Below are positions 59,756-64,000 of a stretch of DNA of 64,000 nt, in pieces (the first letter of the stretch is position 1; every line of letters begins with the position of its first letter). The translations under genes and the position numbers were made by a program. The stretch comes from an uncultured Candidatus Saccharibacteria bacterium. GTDB lineage: Bacteria; Patescibacteriota; Minisyncoccia; SW-4-49-11. Location of the stretch: assembly GCA_964585065.1 (NCBI GenBank), contig CAZPCB010000002.1:166967-230966 (forward strand), in the 5' to 3' direction. The notes below the pieces were generated by a model. The model had not been told where the DNA came from and ran no database searches. It was given only the letters and a program-made list of their open reading frames with translations.

Positions 59756-61018
59756 ATGTCCAAAAATGAAATAATAGTTGGATTAGACGTAGGAACATCA
59801 CTCACAAAGATAGCGGTAGGAAGGCGTTTGAGAGAAGACAAAGACCCTTCTATTATTGCTTTAGGTGTGGCTCCTAGTGAGGGTTTGAGGCGAGGTGTAG
59901 TAGTAGATATACAAGATGCTACTCGTAGTATTCATTTAGCCCTTGATTCAGCTTCTAAAATGATAGAAGAGGATATAAAACAGGTAATAGTATCATTGAA
60001 TGGTTCTCATATCAAAAGCTTTGAAACAGCAGGTAAAGTTGCCGTCTCTCGAGCTGATGGAGAGGTTACCGAAGAAGATATTGCAAGAGTATTATCTAAC
60101 GCCAATCCTGGTCCAAGTAGTCAAAATAAAGAAATTATTGCTATTATTCCTAAAACTTATATTCTTGATGAAGAATCAGGAATAAAAAATCCTGTTGGAA
60201 TGAATGGAATTCGTTTAGAATTAGAGGCTTTAATTCTGGAAGGGAATGCATCTCCTATTAGGAATTTAGAAAAATGTATACAAACTTTGGGTCTCGGGAT
60301 AGAACATCAGGAGGTTGGTATACTCGCCTCAGCTCAAGCGGTACTCACTAAAAAACAAAAAGATTTGGGAGTGGCTGTGATTGATTTGGGAGCTGGGACA
60401 ACTTCTCTTGCGGTTTATGAAGAGGGAAGACTTATTCATGTTGCTATTATTCCTGTTGGAGCTTCGCATATTACTAATGACATTGCGATTGGGCTTAGAA
60501 CATCAATTGAAGTTGCAGAAAAAGTAAAACTTAAATATGGTTCAGCGCTAGAAGATGCTCTGGGAGCGGACTCTAAACTCAAAATTGATTTAGCAAAAAT
60601 TAATTCAGAAGAAGTAGGAGTATTCCCTATATCCTATGTAGCGAGCATTATAGAAGCTCGATTAAAAGAAATTTTTGGTCTTATTATAAAAGAATTACAA
60701 GAAATAGAAAGAGAAGGACTATTACCGGCAGGAGCAGTATTAGTAGGAGGAGGAGCTGATTTAAGAGCAATAGCTGATTTAGCTAAACAAGAATTAAAGC
60801 TCCCTGTCAAAATTGGAATTCCTCAGGGAGTTGAAGGAAGTATTGCTGATGTGGATAACCCCATATATGCTAATTTGGTAGGACTAATCTTAGAAGGATT
60901 TGGGAATACCGAAGAAGATGGCAGTTTTGATTATGATGGAGGCCGACCAGCTAAGAAAAACCCATTCAAATTATGGAATCCTCTCAATAAACTTATTAAG
61001 ACTTTTCTTCCAGATTAA
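59756..61018 (+). CDS. ftsA: Cell division protein FtsA
   Basis: Actin-like ATPase: IVGLDVGTS, DLGAGTTSLAVY, LVGGGADL. Confidence 0.85.
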   Translation: MSKNEIIVGLDVGTSLTKIAVGRRLREDKDPSIIALGVAPSEGLRRGVVVDIQDATRSIHLALDSASKMIEEDIKQVIVSLNGSHIKSFETAGKVAVSRADGEVTEEDIARVLSNANPGPSSQNKEIIAIIPKTYILDEESGIKNPVGMNGIRLELEALILEGNASPIRNLEKCIQTLGLGIEHQEVGILASAQAVLTKKQKDLGVAVIDLGAGTTSLAVYEEGRLIHVAIIPVGASHITNDIAIGLRTSIEVAEKVKLKYGSALEDALGADSKLKIDLAKINSEEVGVFPISYVASIIEARLKEIFGLIIKELQEIEREGLLPAGAVLVGGGADLRAIADLAKQELKLPVKIGIPQGVEGSIADVDNPIYANLVGLILEGFGNTEEDGSFDYDGGRPAKKNPFKLWNPLNKLIKTFLPD

Positions 61019-61027
61019 AAAACATAT

Positions 61028-63052
61028 ATGAAATTATTTGATAATTTAATAGTATATGGACCAGAAAAAGAGGGTAATGGATCTCCTAGTTTAGAATTAT
61101 CAGCTCAAGAATTAGAGGCATTAAAAAGAGAAACAGAGGAAATTAAAGAAGTAGAACAAGGAGAGACTGTGTTTGAGGAAATTACAACTCCTGAGTCAGA
61201 AGCTGAAACAGAAATAAGTCTCGATGCTTTACTGGGAGATTTGGTAGGTGAATTACAACAAGAAGTAGAAGAGGCTAATAAGTCTCCATTTGAGATTGAT
61301 GAGGAGACAGGATTATCTCTACAGGGTCAGACAGTACAAGAAATTCAAGATAGGCTTGCTCAATTAGAGAATAGACAAGCTACTGATATTGAAGAGTCCA
61401 TTCATTCATCTCGGGGAGAAGAGCAGGGACAATTAAAGTCTATATTAGAAATAGCAAAAACAAGTCAAGATGATACATTATTGCAGATCCAAAAAGCTTT
61501 TAACAGCTTTAAGTCTTCATATCCTGACTCTCCAGTAACAATAGAAGCATTTATTGCAAAAAAAGATACCTTACAGAATATAGTAGATACCGATGAGAAA
61601 AAAGTACAAGAAGCCGAAGCCTCTCTCGCTACATTTGAAGCTGAGACCAAAAGACTTATTGATGAGGCTTATGAGACTGAGCTACAAACAACAAAAGATA
61701 GATTAGAGCCTTTAAAGCCAGAATATGAAGGGAGTGAAGTAGAAAAACATGATAAACAAGTTTTATTAGAGCAAAAATTAGAATTTTTATTAAACAATCC
61801 AGAAGAATTATTTAGTGATGCTCATATTGCTGAGATATTAGCAGTATATGGATTACAGGAGGGGCAAGATAAAATTCAAAACTTACAGGAACAAAGTAAA
61901 GAAGCTCAGGAACAACAAAAAAGGGATGATATCAAAGAAGAAATACTCCAAAATATATATTGGTCTAAAGATGAAATACCTGAATTAACACAAGCTATTA
62001 ATGCTGATATTGAAGCTAAATTAAAGCAATTACAAGAACAGTATCCTGATTTAGAGCCTATTACAATAGCATTAAAGTTATCGGGAAAAGACCGTTTTGC
62101 TTATCTTCTTGACTCAGAAGATCCTGAATTAGAGCAATTAGTATTCTGGTCTTCCTCTAAAGGAGATAAAAATTGGGATAATATATTAGCTGAACATCCT
62201 CAATTGAGACAATATGTAGAGAGTCAAGTTAATCATACATTTGCTGATCGAGAACAAAAAAAAGAGGACTTTCATATACAAAGAGAGAAGCAATCTCAGG
62301 AGCGTATTACTGCCACTATAGAAAATGGAGTTAGTCGTTATAAAAAGCAGGAAGTTAATCGTATACAAGGAGAAATATCTCAAATTCAGAATGATGAAGT
62401 TTTTTATTCACAAGATAGAAAAGATAAAAGTATTGTACAAAGTAAAGAAGCAATTCAGCTCACAGATATTAATGAATTTAAAGCATCAATACAGTCTGGA
62501 GTTGATGGAATAACCATAAATGAGGGAGGATTTATTACCCAAAATGATATTGCAGAATCTAATAAAAAGATTGATGAGGAAATGGTTGTATTACTTACTA
62601 AAATACAGGGATATATAACCGGTATGGGATATAAGCAGGATAAAGTCAGCTCTCTAGATGATTTGAATACATTTGGTGAACAAATTACTAATGATTTGAC
62701 TATCGAGAGTAAAAAACTGTTTAAGGATAAAGCTAAAATTACTCAGTTAGCAGCGTTACAAAAACATATTGAAGAAGTAAAGGAACAACATCAAACTCTT
62801 AATAATCAAAAAATAGAGAATCAAAAAATATTCAGACAAAGGTTAGAACGAGTAAGAGAACTTAATACTATTGCAGGAAGATTACCCCAGTATATTAAAG
62901 AAACCCTTATGGCATCACCAATGAATAGTATGTCTGAAAAACTTGATGCTATAGTACAAGAATTACAACAATATGAAACTTCTGCTGAATTACAAGCTCA
63001 AAGAGATAAAATTGATCAGTTACAGCGACAGATAGAAGAATTAAGAGGGTAA
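61028..63052 (+). CDS. Large acidic coiled-coil hypothetical protein immediately downstream of ftsA
   Basis: 674 aa, E/K/Q-rich with heptad-like periodicity. No tubulin/FtsZ GGGTGTG motif. Confidence 0.5.
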   Translation: MKLFDNLIVYGPEKEGNGSPSLELSAQELEALKRETEEIKEVEQGETVFEEITTPESEAETEISLDALLGDLVGELQQEVEEANKSPFEIDEETGLSLQGQTVQEIQDRLAQLENRQATDIEESIHSSRGEEQGQLKSILEIAKTSQDDTLLQIQKAFNSFKSSYPDSPVTIEAFIAKKDTLQNIVDTDEKKVQEAEASLATFEAETKRLIDEAYETELQTTKDRLEPLKPEYEGSEVEKHDKQVLLEQKLEFLLNNPEELFSDAHIAEILAVYGLQEGQDKIQNLQEQSKEAQEQQKRDDIKEEILQNIYWSKDEIPELTQAINADIEAKLKQLQEQYPDLEPITIALKLSGKDRFAYLLDSEDPELEQLVFWSSSKGDKNWDNILAEHPQLRQYVESQVNHTFADREQKKEDFHIQREKQSQERITATIENGVSRYKKQEVNRIQGEISQIQNDEVFYSQDRKDKSIVQSKEAIQLTDINEFKASIQSGVDGITINEGGFITQNDIAESNKKIDEEMVVLLTKIQGYITGMGYKQDKVSSLDDLNTFGEQITNDLTIESKKLFKDKAKITQLAALQKHIEEVKEQHQTLNNQKIENQKIFRQRLERVRELNTIAGRLPQYIKETLMASPMNSMSEKLDAIVQELQQYETSAELQAQRDKIDQLQRQIEELRG

Positions 63053-63057
63053 CTTAA

Positions 63058-63090
63058 AGAAAAATGCGACTGGTGGGTCGCATTTTAGGT
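63058..63090. terminator. Bidirectional intrinsic terminator (AAAAUGCGAC-ugguggg-GUCGCAUUUU)
   Basis: 7-bp GC-containing stem flanked by A-run and T-run between convergent genes. Confidence 0.5.
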
Positions 63091-63360
63091 CTCAACTGGG
63101 AGGGGGATGAGATCATCAATGATATCACTTATCATCATATGGGTTATATAGACATCATAATACATATCATGATGTCTAAATCGAAGTAGAGCATACTCTT
63201 TACTGGATCTATTATATAATTTTCTAAAATTATATATAAAATCTTCTTTAGTAATACCAATTGCATCTACAGATTGTGATTCTAAGATTACTAAGGTACT
63301 CACTGGTGATAATGATGTAATTGTAATTCTATAATCTATGATAGTTAAAATACGTTCCAT
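63085..63360 (-). CDS. Hypothetical small protein
   Basis: 91-aa ORF with ATG start. No motif. Confidence 0.3.
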   Translation of the reverse strand: MERILTIIDYRITITSLSPVSTLVILESQSVDAIGITKEDFIYNFRKLYNRSSKEYALLRFRHHDMYYDVYITHMMISDIIDDLIPLPVET

Positions 63361-63470
63361 AGAATAGTACCCTCAAAGAACAGTAAAAATATTTTACTAT
63401 ATCTCATCATGAATTGCAATTGTAATAGTCTTGATTCTATGCTATGATAGCAGAATAATAGAGTTTATTT

Positions 63471-64000
63471 ATGCCATATCCTACCAAAAAGAAGTCTAAA
63501 GCTATTCGCCGTAATAAGCGCGAAAAGCGTGAAGATGTCCCAAAGTCTGCTTTGCCCACTACCAAACATCGTCGTAATCCCGCCAATCAATTAAGTAAAG
63601 CCCCTAAGGGGAAGCTTAAAGATAAAGATGGGAGTCAATATGTATATGGGAAGAATTCAGTGCTTGAGATATTGAAAAGTGACCCAAAACGAGTTCAGAA
63701 AATTTATATTACTCGAGAAAATCAAGTACGAGATAAGCGTTTGGAGCAAATTTTGGAATTAGCTAAAGAATCTCTTGCCCTTATACAATATGTACCTATT
63801 CAGAAAATAACAGGATTATTAGAAAAAGAAATTGCCGAAGAAGGGGATTATACTCATCAAGGTATTATTGCAGTTGTAACCGCTGAGCCTTTACTGAGTT
63901 TAGAGGAATGGGCAGCTAGTATTAAAGAGAAAGTAGGGGATACTTCTCAAGGTTTAGTTATTGCCCTTGATGAAATTACTGATCAGCATAATATTGGAGC
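63471..64000 (+). CDS. TrmH/SpoU-family RNA 2'-O-methyltransferase (RlmB-like), 3'-truncated by the window end
   Basis: Lys/Arg-rich N-terminal extension, then YVYGKNSVLEIL...IYIT substrate-binding-domain pattern typical of RlmB. No stop codon before the window end. Confidence 0.5.
   Translation, partial: MPYPTKKKSKAIRRNKREKREDVPKSALPTTKHRRNPANQLSKAPKGKLKDKDGSQYVYGKNSVLEILKSDPKRVQKIYITRENQVRDKRLEQILELAKESLALIQYVPIQKITGLLEKEIAEEGDYTHQGIIAVVTAEPLLSLEEWAASIKEKVGDTSQGLVIALDEITDQHNIG

Overview
The window is AT-rich, compact and gene-dense, with about 60 protein genes mostly on the + strand, 2 tRNAs, and no rRNA, CRISPR array or recognisable transposase. Long ORFs are intact under the standard code, so UGA recoding is not supported. 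The housekeeping core includes ileS, trpS, serS, a divergent hisS-like gene, dnaX, gyrB, parA-parB, ftsA, mreB, murA, a D-Ala-D-Ala carboxypeptidase, lepB, rpmA, rpsU-yqeY-ybeY, ruvA, ruvX, radC and miaA. A non-oxidative pentose-phosphate set (rpiB, tkt, rpe) is present. Envelope and glycosylation genes include rfbC/rfbD, a GtrA-like protein, a GT-C ArnT/PMT-like transferase, and GT2 and GT4 glycosyltransferases. There is a glucan-storage trio (synthase-like GT, unknown gene, alpha-glucan phosphorylase). A thiol-redox island carries two membrane-anchored DsbA-like proteins, trxB, a glutaredoxin-like protein and a peroxiredoxin, with idi embedded. The gene content and the near-absence of Shine-Dalgarno sequences suggest a reduced-genome bacterium of CPR/Patescibacteria-like character; this is inference. 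The most notable features are: (1) three dispersed type IV pilin-like genes that share a conserved N-terminus but carry different C-terminal binding modules (SBBP beta-propeller repeats, a LamG/ConA-like lectin domain, a fibrinogen-related domain), plus a decayed beta-propeller fragment next to one of them; (2) two paralogous GC-rich, hairpin-dense palindromic intergenic elements at about 41.1-41.5 kb and 56.8-57.3 kb that share a conserved core including a mini-ORF MNKMR.I.DK; (3) an unidentified GC-rich RNA of about 260 nt with its own consensus sigma70 promoter and terminator upstream of ileS; (4) a window-wide extended -10 promoter motif TGnTATACT sitting 8-40 nt from start codons, implying leaderless or short-leader mRNAs, while the ncRNA and tRNA-Leu use full TTGACA-17-TATAAT promoters; (5) an orphan VirD4/TrwB-like coupling ATPase.
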